A stretch of DNA of 64,000 nucleotides from an uncultured Acidobacteriota bacterium (GCA_963828465.1 CAWHEU010000009.1:1-64000); one strand, 5' to 3'. Counted from the first letter of the stretch, positions 40,211 to 50,065 are shown. Numbers and translations are program-made. Notes: generated by a model not told the origin, from the sequence alone.

Positions 40211-41362
40211 ATGGGTTTTCGCACCAAACAGGTACACGCCGGGGTGACACCCGACCCGACAACCGGGGCGATCCTCACCCCCATCCACCAATCGACGACC
40301 TTCGTCCAGAACTCAGTGGACGAGTACATGGGCAAGGGGTACTCCTACAGCCGCGGGGGAAACCCAACGGTTCGCGCCCTCGAGGAGAAGCTGACCGCCC
40401 TCGAGGAGGGTCACGACACCACCGCCTACACCTCCGGGATGGCGGCCACGGTCGCCGTCTTCCTCGGTCTCCTCCGGGCCGGTGACCACGTGGTCATCGC
40501 CGATGTGGTGTACGGCGGCACATATCGGTTCGCCGACCGATTCCTCACCAAGTTCGGGGTCGACGTCACCTTCGCCGACGCCTCGGATGCAGACAGAGTT
40601 GAAGCCGTGATGAGGCCTGAGACACGTATCGTCTTCACCGAGAGCCCGGCCAACCCGACGCTGAAGGTGACCGATCTGGCGGCCATCTCGGAGATCACCC
40701 GATCGGCCGGCGCCCTTCATGTCACCGACAACACGTTCCTCACCCCCTATTTCCAGAAGCCGTTCCAGCTCGGCGCCAACATCGTCATTCACTCGACGAC
40801 CAAGTTCCTCGATGGTCACAACGCGACCCTCGGCGGGGCGGTCGTCGTCGACGACGAGGAGCTGCACGAGAAGATTTCCTTCGCCCGCATCTCTGCCGGG
40901 CTGGTCATGTCGCCGATGGTGGCCTGGCTCACCCTTCAGGGAGTCAAGACATTGAGCGAGCGCATGGACCGACAGTCGGCAAATGCCCTGGCCATCGCCG
41001 AGTGGCTCCGGGAACACCCCAAGGTCGACTACGTCAATTACCCGGGGCTGACGTCCCATCCGCAGTTTGAGCTCTCGTCGCGTCAGGCCAGCGGGTTCGG
41101 CGCCCTGGTGTGCTTCGAGGTACACGGTGGTGCGGAGACAGGCAAGAAGCTGATGGACGCGGTCGAGCTGTGGAGCCTCGCCGAGAATCTGGGTGCGGTG
41201 GAATCGCTGATCACCCACCCGGTCACCATGACCCACGCTGCGGTGCCGGCCGAGGAGAGGGTGGCCGCGGGCATCACCGACGGGCTGGTCCGGCTCTCGG
41301 TCGGGCTGGAAGATGTCGAGGACTTGATCGCGGACCTGGAATCCGCTCTCGACCGGGTCTAG
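40211..41362 (+). CDS. Cystathionine gamma-synthase/lyase (Cys/Met PLP enzyme)
   Basis: YSRGGNPT, SGMAA, ESPANP, DNTF, HSTTKFLDGH, AENLGAVESLITHP. Confidence 0.92.
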   Translation: MGFRTKQVHAGVTPDPTTGAILTPIHQSTTFVQNSVDEYMGKGYSYSRGGNPTVRALEEKLTALEEGHDTTAYTSGMAATVAVFLGLLRAGDHVVIADVVYGGTYRFADRFLTKFGVDVTFADASDADRVEAVMRPETRIVFTESPANPTLKVTDLAAISEITRSAGALHVTDNTFLTPYFQKPFQLGANIVIHSTTKFLDGHNATLGGAVVVDDEELHEKISFARISAGLVMSPMVAWLTLQGVKTLSERMDRQSANALAIAEWLREHPKVDYVNYPGLTSHPQFELSSRQASGFGALVCFEVHGGAETGKKLMDAVELWSLAENLGAVESLITHPVTMTHAAVPAEERVAAGITDGLVRLSVGLEDVEDLIADLESALDRV

Positions 41363-41940
41363 GGCGTCCTCGCCCTGACCAGGGTGTCACGGGCGTACTT
41401 GCGGCCCTCGTCCGTTTCGACTGGGCGATTCACCACCTCGGCCTCGACGATGACGAGACCATCGAGCCAGCCGAGCACCGCGGGCACATCCCACAACAGC
41501 TCCGGGTACTGGGGCCCGCCCCAGCCATCGGTGGGGTTGGACACATCGTGTCCGATCAGAAACAGTTCGCCCCCGGGGGCGAGCCAATCTCTCGCCCGCC
41601 GCACGATTGTCTCGTAATCGCCCGGGACCAGATGCAGATAGGCGATGAGCACGAGATCGAAACTCTGCCCGGTTTCCCACGTCCGAACGTCGGCGACCAC
41701 GAAGTCGACTGCGTCAGACTGCGCCTTGCCCTTGCTGATTGCCACCTCGGAGAAGTCGACCGCGGTCATCTCCCAACCGAGTGAGGCGAGCCAGATTGCA
41801 TTGCGCCCCTCGCCCGCGGCGAGATCGAGGCCTCGGCCCGGAGCCATGCCGCCCAAGCGATCCGCTACGAAGAGATTGGGAGTGACCGACCACAGATGGT
41901 CGTGAGCGCGATACCGCTCGTCCCATTCGGCGGAATCCAC
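41359..41940 (-). CDS. Class I SAM-dependent methyltransferase
   Basis: WDERY, GRGLDLAAGEGRNAIWLA, AVDFS. Confidence 0.88.
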   Translation of the reverse strand: MDSAEWDERYRAHDHLWSVTPNLFVADRLGGMAPGRGLDLAAGEGRNAIWLASLGWEMTAVDFSEVAISKGKAQSDAVDFVVADVRTWETGQSFDLVLIAYLHLVPGDYETIVRRARDWLAPGGELFLIGHDVSNPTDGWGGPQYPELLWDVPAVLGWLDGLVIVEAEVVNRPVETDEGRKYARDTLVRARTP

Positions 41941-41956
41941 TATTCGTGGCCCGTCA

Positions 41957-43471
41957 CTAGCCGAACTCGATGCCCTGGGCCAGAGGCAGGTCGTCACCCC
42001 AGTTGATCGTGGTCGTCTGTCGGCGCATGTACGCCTTCCAGGCGTCGGATCCAGCCTCCCTGCCCCCACCCGTCTCCTTCTCCCCGCCGAAGGCGCCGCC
42101 GATCTCAGCGCCCGACGTCCCGATGTTGACGTTGGCGATTCCGCAGTCGGAGCCGCCGCCGCTGAGGAATCTCTCGGCGTTCTTGATCGACTCGGTGAAG
42201 ATGGCCGAGGAGAGGCCCTGGGTCACTCCGTTCTGAATCTGGATCGCCTCGTCGAGGGTGTCGAACTCGATAACCCATAGGATCGGGGCGAAGGTCTCCT
42301 GTTGGGTGATCGACGCCTCCTTGGGCACCACCGCGATGGTGGGCTCGACGAAGAACCCGGGCCTGTCGAGGCGGTTGCCTCCGGTGACGATCCTCGCCCC
42401 CTGCTCCCGTGCGATATCGAGGGCGTCCATCATCTGCACGACGGCGCGCTCCCCGACCAGCGGGCCCATGAGCGTCCCGCTCTCCAGCGGGTCCCCGATG
42501 CTCACCTGTTTGTAGGCCTCGGTGAGACGGCTCACCAGCTTGTCGGCGACAGCACGGTGGACGAGGAGCCGGCGAAGGCTGGTGCATCTCTGGCCGGCGG
42601 TGCCAACGGCTGAGAAGAGGGTGGCCCGGACAGCCAGATCGATGTCGGCGTCATCCATCACGATCACGGCGTTGTTGCCACCAAGCTCGAGGATCGTCCG
42701 GCCCATGCGCTGGGCGACGGCCGGGCCGACGATGCGTCCCATGTTGCAGGACCCGGTGGCTGAGATGAGGGGCAATCTCGTGTCCTGATTCATCCGGTTG
42801 CCGACCGTGGCCCCGTCACCGACGACGAGGTTGAACACGCCCTCGAACCCACTGCCGTCCATCACTTCGTGAGCGATGCGGGTGACCGCGACAGCGGTGA
42901 GCGGGGTCCGCTCCGAAGGCTTCCAAACCACCGTGTCGCCACAGACGGCGGCGAGGGCGGAATTCCACGACCAGACGGCGACCGGGAAGTTGAAGGCCGA
43001 GATCACGCCAACCGGCCCGAGCGGATGCCAATGCTCGTACATTCGGTGATTGGGCCGCTCCGAAGCCATCGTGCTCCCATAGAGCTGCCGGGAGAGTCCC
43101 ACTGCGAAGTCACAGATGTCGACCATCTCCTGCACCTCGCCGACCCCCTCGGGAAAGATCTTTCCCATCTCGAGGGTGACCAGGGCGCCGAGCGGCTCGA
43201 TGTTCTCCCGCAGGGCGTCGCCCAGACGTCGGACGTACTGCCCTCGCTGGGGGGCAGGCAGGAGGCGCCATCGGTCGAATGTCTCGACCGACTGGGCGAC
43301 CACCCGGTCGTAATCCGCTTCCGAGGCCATGCCGACCGTCGCCAGCGTCTCGCCGGTTGTGGGGTTGACCACTTCGATCCCCTCGCCGGTCGGCTCGAGC
43401 CACTCGCCGGCGAATACACCACTGTTGTGGTCGCCGAGGCCCAGGGCCCCGAAGATCTCTTGCTTGTTCAT
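41957..43471 (-). CDS. Aldehyde dehydrogenase, ALDH7/AmaB (piperideine-6-carboxylate dehydrogenase) type
   Basis: ISAFNFPVAVW, WKPSE, LELGGNNA, GTAGQRCTS, SDCGIANVN, FGGEKETGGGRE. Confidence 0.9.
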   Translation of the reverse strand: MNKQEIFGALGLGDHNSGVFAGEWLEPTGEGIEVVNPTTGETLATVGMASEADYDRVVAQSVETFDRWRLLPAPQRGQYVRRLGDALRENIEPLGALVTLEMGKIFPEGVGEVQEMVDICDFAVGLSRQLYGSTMASERPNHRMYEHWHPLGPVGVISAFNFPVAVWSWNSALAAVCGDTVVWKPSERTPLTAVAVTRIAHEVMDGSGFEGVFNLVVGDGATVGNRMNQDTRLPLISATGSCNMGRIVGPAVAQRMGRTILELGGNNAVIVMDDADIDLAVRATLFSAVGTAGQRCTSLRRLLVHRAVADKLVSRLTEAYKQVSIGDPLESGTLMGPLVGERAVVQMMDALDIAREQGARIVTGGNRLDRPGFFVEPTIAVVPKEASITQQETFAPILWVIEFDTLDEAIQIQNGVTQGLSSAIFTESIKNAERFLSGGGSDCGIANVNIGTSGAEIGGAFGGEKETGGGREAGSDAWKAYMRRQTTTINWGDDLPLAQGIEFG

Positions 43472-43850
43472 CTCGCTGCCACCACCTCTATCTCCACGAG
43501 GAAGCCTCCCGGGAGGGCAGCCGCCTGAATGGCGGAGCGCGCCGGAGGCTCGGTCCCGAAGTATGAGCCGTAAACGTCGTTGACCTTGGGGTAGTCGGCC
43601 ATGTCAGCCATGAAGATCGTTGTCTTCACGATGTCCTGGTAGGTCGAGTCCGACGTCACCGAGAATCACGCCGATGTTGTCCATGACCTGCCGGGCTTGC
43701 ACTTCGACGTCGTCCGGACGGCGCTCACCCGTGGCAGGGTCCAGGGCGACCTGCCCGCTCAGGAACACCAGACCCGCCGGCCTCTGCGGCGAAGGAATAC
43801 GGGCCCATCGCCTTGGGCGCCGACGGGGTCGAAAGGACTTTCTTGGGCAA
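43468..43850 (-). CDS. ridA: RidA family reactive intermediate deaminase, two apparent frameshifts (~43773, ~43645)
   Basis: Stitched: APKAMGPYS..LVFLSGQVALDP..QVMDNI..KTTIF..VNDVYGSYF..PARSAIQAAALPGGFLVEIE. Confidence 0.82.
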
Positions 43851-43915
43851 ACAGGGGCTCCTGGTCGATACCAGGCTGAGGGTACCCCTGGGGGCGACCC
43901 AACCCTCAAGCCGTG

Positions 43916-44278
43916 TCAGGAGAAGCTGTTGCCGCAGCCGCAGGTGCGACTGACGTTGGGGTTGTTGATGGAGAACCCCGCTCCCATCAGACCGTCCTTG
44001 TAGTCGAGGGTCGAGCCCTTGACCATCTCGGCGCTCTGTGGATCGACAACCACTCTGACGTCGCCGAACTCCTCGACGATGTCGGTGTCGTCGATCTGGC
44101 TGTCGAAGAACATCTCGTAGGAGAACCCGCTACAGCCCCCGGGGCGGACCGCCATGCGAAGGGCGAGCCCGGACTCCCCTTCGGCGGCGATCAACTCGCC
44201 GATCTTCGTCACGGCGAAGTCGGTCACCTCGACCGTCTTCTCGGGCTTGTTCGACTTGATGCTGAGGATCTGTGTCAT
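43916..44278 (-). CDS. erpA: A-type Fe-S carrier (ErpA/IscA/HesB)
   Basis: GGCSGFSY, NNPNVSRTCGCGNSF. Confidence 0.88.
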   Translation of the reverse strand: MTQILSIKSNKPEKTVEVTDFAVTKIGELIAAEGESGLALRMAVRPGGCSGFSYEMFFDSQIDDTDIVEEFGDVRVVVDPQSAEMVKGSTLDYKDGLMGAGFSINNPNVSRTCGCGNSFS

Positions 44279-44390
44279 CGCTTTTTAACTCTGGTCCTGA
44301 ACCTGGTGGCCTGTGTCGTCCATATTAACCGTCTCCGGCCCGTGGACCATTCCCCCTATATCGGTAGTGGAAATTACCATTGAGAGTGCA

Positions 44391-45530
44391 ATGGTCACCC
44401 GCAACGACGTCATCAAGACGCTCGAAGGTGTCCGCGACCCGGAGCTGGGCGGCAACATCGTCGAGTTGGGGATGGTCACCGATGTCGACATCACCGGCAC
44501 TTCGGTGGAAGTCGGCATCGCGCTGACCGTCGCCGAATGCCCGCTGCGAAACCAGATCGAGAACGACACCAAACGCCGGGTGCAGGCCATGCCCGGTGTC
44601 GATCACGTCGATGTGCGAACCACTGCGATGACCAAGAAGCAGCGGGCGGGCCTCATGTCGGTGGCCAGGGCGAAGGCACGGGCGAGCGCCGAGCCGACCC
44701 AGGTTTCCCCCACGACCAGAGTCATCGCCATCGGATCGGGCAAGGGCGGCGTCGGAAAATCATCCATCGCTGTGAACGTCGCAGTGGCCATGTCCCAGGC
44801 CGGGTTCCGTGTTGGCCTTCTCGACGCCGATATCTGGGGCTTCTCCACACCGCGGATGCTCGGTGTCGAGGATCGCCTCGAGGCGAACGAGGACAGCAAG
44901 CTGATCGTGCCGGTAGAGGCTCAGGGCGTGAAGCTGGTTTCGACCGGGCTCATTATCGAGACCGAAGAAACCGCGCTCATGTGGCGCGGCCTCATGTTGT
45001 CAAAGGCTCTCGAGCAGTTCCTCAAGCAGGTGGAATGGGGCGAGCTCGACTATCTGATCATCGATCTCCCGCCAGGGACCGGCGACATCCAGATGGCGCT
45101 GACCCGCATGCTCCCCCAGGCCGAGATGGTGGTGGTCACCACCCCGCAACGCGCGGCCCAGAAAGTGGCTGTCCGGGTGGCCGACATGGCGCGGCGCTCG
45201 CACATGCCGGTGGTCGGTGTCATCGAGAACATGGCTGGTCTCGCCTGCGCCTGTGGCCGGGTACATGATGTGTTCGGTGAGGGAGGCGGACGTGAGCTTG
45301 CCGACGACCTGGGTGTGCCCCTCATCGCCTCGATTCCACTGGATCCGGAGGTCGTCCCCGGCGGCGATCACGGAACTCCCGTAGTGACGACCGGATCCGG
45401 CTCACCCGCAGGGATCGCCATGCGCGACGCCGCCGCCCGGCTCGTCGAACTCGTGCCGCCGGCGGACATGGAGACGTGCACGGGTCGTATCGCCAAGATC
45501 CTCACCGAGTTGGAGGAGCTGCCGGCCTGA
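44391..45530 (+). CDS. apbC: Mrp/NBP35 (ApbC) Fe-S cluster carrier ATPase
   Basis: VRDPELG..IVELGMV, SGKGGVGKSS, LDADIWG, DLPPGTGD, CACG. Confidence 0.92.
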   Translation: MVTRNDVIKTLEGVRDPELGGNIVELGMVTDVDITGTSVEVGIALTVAECPLRNQIENDTKRRVQAMPGVDHVDVRTTAMTKKQRAGLMSVARAKARASAEPTQVSPTTRVIAIGSGKGGVGKSSIAVNVAVAMSQAGFRVGLLDADIWGFSTPRMLGVEDRLEANEDSKLIVPVEAQGVKLVSTGLIIETEETALMWRGLMLSKALEQFLKQVEWGELDYLIIDLPPGTGDIQMALTRMLPQAEMVVVTTPQRAAQKVAVRVADMARRSHMPVVGVIENMAGLACACGRVHDVFGEGGGRELADDLGVPLIASIPLDPEVVPGGDHGTPVVTTGSGSPAGIAMRDAAARLVELVPPADMETCTGRIAKILTELEELPA

Positions 45531-45537
45531 CCCAGCG

Positions 45538-46146
45538 TCAGCCCTTGGTACCGCCTCCGAGCAACCCACCGAGTAGATCGCCGATGACATCCGAGGAGCC
45601 TCCGGACCCCCCACTGCCACCGAGCAGCCCGCCGAGCAAGTCACCGATCCCGCCGGATCCGCCGCCGCCCGTGGCACTGCCGATGAGGTCTTCCAGGCCA
45701 CCCGTCGATCCCCCCGAAGGCGTCGGTCCCGGGCCCTGCCCGGCGGCCTGGCCCTGACCGAGGAATTTGCCCGCCAGCAGGTTGAGGACAATCGGAGCCA
45801 GAATCGGAAGCAGCTTGGCCATCAGGTTCGAGCCGCCAGTGTCACCGCCCAGCTTGTTGATCACTTGCTCGCTGTTATCGCCGAAGACGTTGCCGACGAT
45901 GGCCTCGCCATCCGCGGTGTCGATCGAGCCGAGGTCGAGGCCCTCTAATGGGCTCCCGGCGTGCTGGCCTAAGGCATTCTCGAGGGAAGCGGCACCTCCC
46001 GGGTCCCGAGCATTGGCCTCCATCCCACCCAGCAATGCGGGCACGGCCTGACGCACGGCTTGCTGGGCGGTCGCCTCGTCCACGCCGAGCCGTTGGGCGA
46101 GCTGATCGAGCGGGATCTGCGAGAGGATCTCATCCGCAGTATCCAT
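45538..46146 (-). CDS. DUF937 family protein
   Basis: QIPLDQLAQRLGVD..AVPALLGGM..DTADGEAIVGNVFG; Gly-rich GDLLGGLLGG repeats. Confidence 0.8.
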   Translation of the reverse strand: MDTADEILSQIPLDQLAQRLGVDEATAQQAVRQAVPALLGGMEANARDPGGAASLENALGQHAGSPLEGLDLGSIDTADGEAIVGNVFGDNSEQVINKLGGDTGGSNLMAKLLPILAPIVLNLLAGKFLGQGQAAGQGPGPTPSGGSTGGLEDLIGSATGGGGSGGIGDLLGGLLGGSGGSGGSSDVIGDLLGGLLGGGTKG

Positions 46147-46216
46147 GAGAGCTCCTTCCGCGTCCGCCAGGCGGCGGCCGCGCTCCGACCCTACGCGGTC
46201 ACCTGTCGAGTCGGGA

Positions 46217-47008
46217 TCAGGGAGTCACCGGCTGGCCGGTCATCAGCTTGTAGGCATACGCCGTTGCGATGATCGTCACCGGGATGGCGACGATCAGCCC
46301 GATCCCGCAGAGGATGGCGCCGACGATGAAGGCGAGGATCGAGGCGAAGAAGAGCCCGACCACAGAGCCGAGGTTCTGATTCACCAGGGCGAAGCTGGCC
46401 TTGATGGCGTCGAATGCCGGGAGACCCTTGTCCAGGATGAACTGATAAGTGAACATGGAAAAGAAGATCAGGATCAGGCCGGGAATGATGCACAGGATCA
46501 GGCCGATGGCGGTGCCGATGGCGAGCAGGATCGACGCCAGCACCACCTGACCAAGGTGCTCGGTCGACAGGAATGTGCTCAATTCGATTCTCTGCCCCTC
46601 GGTGATCTTCAAGGCACCACGCACCACCGCGGCCTGAATGAGAAGGCTCACGAGTGCGCTCAAAAGCGAGAAGAACAGGTAGCCGACCCCGAAAAACATC
46701 CCAATGCCGATGTCGTCCGTATCAGTGAGCTCGCCGAATCCTCCGCCTAGAAGGGTGGCGATGAAGTTCACCGCCCCACCGACCACGATGAAGATCAACA
46801 TCGCGATCAGGATCGGGCCCAGGTACTCCTGGAACTTCTTCCACCCGTAGTTGAAGGCGTCGCCAACCTGGAAAGGGGCACCGCCAGGCACCAACGGGGG
46901 AGGCGGGGGCGGAGGTGTGGGTGGGACCGCCGGCTCGCTCGGTTGTGCAGGTGGGACGGGCTCGATCGGCGCTCCAGAATCTGGTGGAATCGGCGGCTCG
47001 GTCGTCAT
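46217..47008 (-). CDS. Proline-rich integral membrane protein
   Basis: Pro-rich N-terminus, GDAFNYGWKKF, LCIIPGL, LCGIGLIVAIPV. Confidence 0.82.
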   Translation of the reverse strand: MTTEPPIPPDSGAPIEPVPPAQPSEPAVPPTPPPPPPPLVPGGAPFQVGDAFNYGWKKFQEYLGPILIAMLIFIVVGGAVNFIATLLGGGFGELTDTDDIGIGMFFGVGYLFFSLLSALVSLLIQAAVVRGALKITEGQRIELSTFLSTEHLGQVVLASILLAIGTAIGLILCIIPGLILIFFSMFTYQFILDKGLPAFDAIKASFALVNQNLGSVVGLFFASILAFIVGAILCGIGLIVAIPVTIIATAYAYKLMTGQPVTP

Positions 47009-47208
47009 CTGTCTTTCTCCCGTCTGAGGTGGGTGAGAGGCTAACGAATAAGGATCCACCGCGACGGCCAGGGTCGCATCTCTCTCCAGGTGACTAGTCA
47101 CAACGAGTGGGAATGGGAACTGTCCTTTAACGACCACTCTCCGTGTTGGAAGATGACGACCAGAACGTGCCTCGGTGCGTGGGGGCTAGGGGCAACGGGA
47201 GGCAGACT

Positions 47209-47238
47209 CGGAAGAGGACCCGAAAGGGTCCTCTTTCG
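47209..47238. terminator. Strong hairpin with a GAAA loop
   Basis: CGGAAGAGGACCC-GAAA-GGGTCCTCTTTCG. Confidence 0.75.
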
Positions 47239-47253
47239 GCATTCAGCGGGAGA

Positions 47254-48423
47254 TCAGCACAGATCTCGAACCAGCGGATACGGGTTGACCGCTGAACCCC
47301 CACCGGGGTGATACTCGAAGTGGAGATGAGGGAGGAATTCGGGCGCATTGCCCGATGACCCGTTGTAGCCGATCACTTCACCCTCGGACACGCTCTGCCC
47401 GTCGCTCACGTTGGCGAAGCTCTCGAGGTGGGCGTAGAAGAACGTGTCGCCGCCGTCGGAGCGGAACCAGATGGCGAGACCACTGAGGCTGCCATCGGTA
47501 AGCCTCTGGATCGTCCCCGAATATATGGCGACGATCGGCGTGTTCCTGGCAGCCATCATGTCCACGCCTTGATGGGCGCGGCCCCCTGATCGAGCATCGC
47601 CCCACGAGTCGGAGAAGGAGACGGCTCCGGCCACAGGACATGCCCCGCCACTTGACGACGGAGGCGGCGGAGGTTCGGAGGGGACAGTCGTGTCGGGTGC
47701 CTCCTCCGGGGGCGTGGTGGTCTCGGTTGGGGCCTCGGATTCGCCATCGGTGGGCTCTGTCGATCCGGGCGCGGTGGTGGTCGTGGCGTTACGCGCCGCC
47801 TCCTCGGCTGCCCTGCGACGTGCCTCTTCCTCCGCAGCGCGACGGGCCGCCTCCTCGGCGGCCTGCTGTGCGACCAGGCCGTCGTAGACCGCCTGCGCAT
47901 CCACCAACTGACCCTGCAGGTCTCCGGCCTTCGACTCCAACTCGGTGGTCAGGACCTCCTGCTCGGCCGAGGCCTCTTCCAGGCGTCCGGTCTGGCGGTC
48001 CAGCTCACCCCGAAACGAGCGCAGCTGGTTGATCACGTCGGCGTCGTTGCCGGTCACGTTCCTGAGATATTCGACACCGGCCCCGTAGCTCTCGTCACTC
48101 GCCGAAAACAGAACCTGCATCGACGTAGCGGTGGACGAACCCATGTACATCTCGACCGCCACCTCTTCCAGCTTCTGCTCCGTATCGCCGATCTTGACCC
48201 TCGCCAGTTCGATCGAAGCGTTGAGATCGGTGATCTCCCGATCGAGGGCGAACTGGCGGGACCACGCCTCTTGGACCTCGTCACCGAGAGCCTGGGCCTC
48301 GGCCATGACCTCGTTGACCTCGCTGCGGGCGCGGTCGATGTCCTCGTCGGTTACTTGGGCAGTGGCGGGGAGGGCCACAGCCATGACGAGCAGGGCAAGC
48401 AGGGTCCTGGCGTAGCGTGTCAC
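47254..48423 (-). CDS. Secreted coiled-coil M23 family peptidoglycan peptidase
   Basis: Signal peptide, coiled coil, HQGVD, YAHL, PHLHFE. Confidence 0.92.
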   Translation of the reverse strand: MTRYARTLLALLVMAVALPATAQVTDEDIDRARSEVNEVMAEAQALGDEVQEAWSRQFALDREITDLNASIELARVKIGDTEQKLEEVAVEMYMGSSTATSMQVLFSASDESYGAGVEYLRNVTGNDADVINQLRSFRGELDRQTGRLEEASAEQEVLTTELESKAGDLQGQLVDAQAVYDGLVAQQAAEEAARRAAEEEARRRAAEEAARNATTTTAPGSTEPTDGESEAPTETTTPPEEAPDTTVPSEPPPPPSSSGGACPVAGAVSFSDSWGDARSGGRAHQGVDMMAARNTPIVAIYSGTIQRLTDGSLSGLAIWFRSDGGDTFFYAHLESFANVSDGQSVSEGEVIGYNGSSGNAPEFLPHLHFEYHPGGGSAVNPYPLVRDLC

Positions 48424-49193
48424 GTGGGGTTGGTGGGAAGTGGGACGAGTACGGGCCCCGAAGAGGCTATCCGCCCTTCCTCAAACAGCAACACCAGGTG
48501 CGCCTCGACCGAACGGGCGGCGAGCGGGTGCAGCGTGCGATCGACGTCCTGATAGACGACCTCGACGATCTCATCGGTAGAGCCGGCGCCACCCCGGATC
48601 GCCTCCAGTATCTCCTCATGCCGCTGACGACGATGGGCCAGATACCAATCGATCACGTCGTCGGGACGGTCCATCTCATCCCCGTGACCGGGATTCAGCC
48701 TGCTCAGACCCGTCCCACGGAGTTTTTCCAACGAGGCCAGATAGCTGCCCATGTCTTCCACCATCACCGACGATCCTCCCATTATGTGATCGCCGGTGAA
48801 GAGAACGTCGGCCAATCGGAAACAAACGTGGTCGTCGGCGTGACCCGGAGTGTGGATCACCTCGAGCCGGCTCTCGCCGATGTCGATCACAGAGCCTTCG
48901 CCGATGCGCAGGTCGGGGTCGAAGGCGGGGCCTGGCGCATACCCGTAGGCGGGAACACCCAGCTCGCGGGCGAGGGGGTTGGCCAGCGGGGCATGGTCGG
49001 GATGGGTGTGTGTGACCAGGACTCCCAGCGGGGTCAGCTGGGCTGTCTGCTCCACGATCCGGTCGCGGTGGACGTCGTCGACGGGGCCGGGGTCGATCAC
49101 GACACATCCCCCGCCGTCATCCACGAGCCAGGTGTTGGTCCCTGGCCCAGTGAAGGGCCCCGGATTGTTGGCGAGGATGCGTTGGATTCGCAT
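48420..49193 (-). CDS. MBL-fold metallo-hydrolase (LACTB2-like)
   Basis: NPGPFTGPGTNTW, THTHPDH, TPGHADDH, FTGDH, PGHG. Confidence 0.9.
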   Translation of the reverse strand: MRIQRILANNPGPFTGPGTNTWLVDDGGGCVVIDPGPVDDVHRDRIVEQTAQLTPLGVLVTHTHPDHAPLANPLARELGVPAYGYAPGPAFDPDLRIGEGSVIDIGESRLEVIHTPGHADDHVCFRLADVLFTGDHIMGGSSVMVEDMGSYLASLEKLRGTGLSRLNPGHGDEMDRPDDVIDWYLAHRRQRHEEILEAIRGGAGSTDEIVEVVYQDVDRTLHPLAARSVEAHLVLLFEEGRIASSGPVLVPLPTNPT

Positions 49194-49885
49194 CAGTCGT
49201 CTGAAGGGAGGTGGATGGGCACGAAGCTGCCGTCCTCCATTCGTCTCGGCTCGACCAGGGAACGGCCGTCGGCACCCTTTGCGGCGGTGACGGCCTCGTG
49301 AACCGTGGCTCTTCGCTCCAGCCATCGGAGATGGGCGATGGTCGGCAGAAACATCTGCAGACCTCCGTCGGCATGCATGACCAGGGCATCGCCTGGCGCA
49401 ACCCACATATGTTCGACCAGTTCATCGCCGTCGATGCGGATGTCCGGCGCGTCCGCGGCGATGGCCAGATAGAAACGTGTGTCGTACCGGGATGGAGCCT
49501 CCTCGGGGGTTACCCATCGGGAAACGAGAGTCAGCGCCGACGCGTCCAGCCGGATCCCGGCTGCGCGAATGTTGGAGAGCAAGCTTTCGCCGCGTCCGTC
49601 AGGGGCCGAGACCACTCCCTCGATGGTCAAGGCGAGACCGGTCTCCTCGGCCAGTTCTCGAAGGGCAGCTACCCGGAACTCCTGGTCCGTGTGGTCGCCG
49701 GGCACCACATCGCCGGCCAGCCCGGAAGTGTCGACCGGGTCGACCGCCCCGCCGGGGAAGACGGTCAGGCCACCGAAGAATCCTCGTGGCCGGCGGCGAA
49801 CCATGAGAACCTCGATCCCTGCCACCGAATCCCTGATCAGCATCACCGTCGCCGCGGGGCGGGCTTCGACCAGAGGCGCCTCCAT
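49193..49885 (-). CDS. NUDIX hydrolase (NUDT19-like)
   Basis: RPAATVML, VFPGGAVD, AALRELAEETG, RWVTP..RYDTRF. Confidence 0.9.
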   Translation of the reverse strand: MEAPLVEARPAATVMLIRDSVAGIEVLMVRRRPRGFFGGLTVFPGGAVDPVDTSGLAGDVVPGDHTDQEFRVAALRELAEETGLALTIEGVVSAPDGRGESLLSNIRAAGIRLDASALTLVSRWVTPEEAPSRYDTRFYLAIAADAPDIRIDGDELVEHMWVAPGDALVMHADGGLQMFLPTIAHLRWLERRATVHEAVTAAKGADGRSLVEPRRMEDGSFVPIHLPSDD

Positions 49886-49914
49886 CCCGGCATCCTAGGA
49901 ACCCGACCAGTACG

Positions 49915-50037
49915 ACGAACCTCAGGTTGTCCGGCCCACATACGGGCCGAATCGCCTCGAGTAGCCGCTGTCCAGTAAGCGGATGACGAACCTGAGGCGG
50001 TTGGTTTCATATCCGGGTCGTGGAACCTCAGGTTCGC
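49915..50037. repeat. Two inverted copies of the 51-bp palindromic repeat (49915-49965 +, degenerate; 49987-50037 -)
   Basis: Shared layout GAACCT(C/G)AGGTT-N-CG(A/G)CCC..ATA(T/C)G-N11-CTC..; same unit as 40127-40177. Confidence 0.75.
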
Positions 50038-50065
50038 ATTTGCGCGGACCTGGCAGACTTGCCGG

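Noticed and set aside
43916-44278. HesB-like selenoprotein
   Set aside because: All three conserved positions are Cys codons; there is no in-frame TGA.
45550-45720. DNA-level repeats in the DUF937 gene
   Set aside because: Explained by Gly-rich GDLLGGLLGG peptide repeats.
47180-47253. c-di-AMP (ydaO) riboswitch suggested by CGCTGAAT..CGAAAG on the minus strand
   Set aside because: The downstream conserved elements (GGGGAACC, GGGGTGAA, GTCAGCTAAC) are absent.
49915-50037. CRISPR array
   Set aside because: Only two units, in inverted orientation, with no regular spacers and no cas genes.
49886-50065. tRNA-Sec (selC) upstream of selA
   Set aside because: No TCA anticodon loop or cloverleaf on either strand; the structure comes from the 51-bp repeats.
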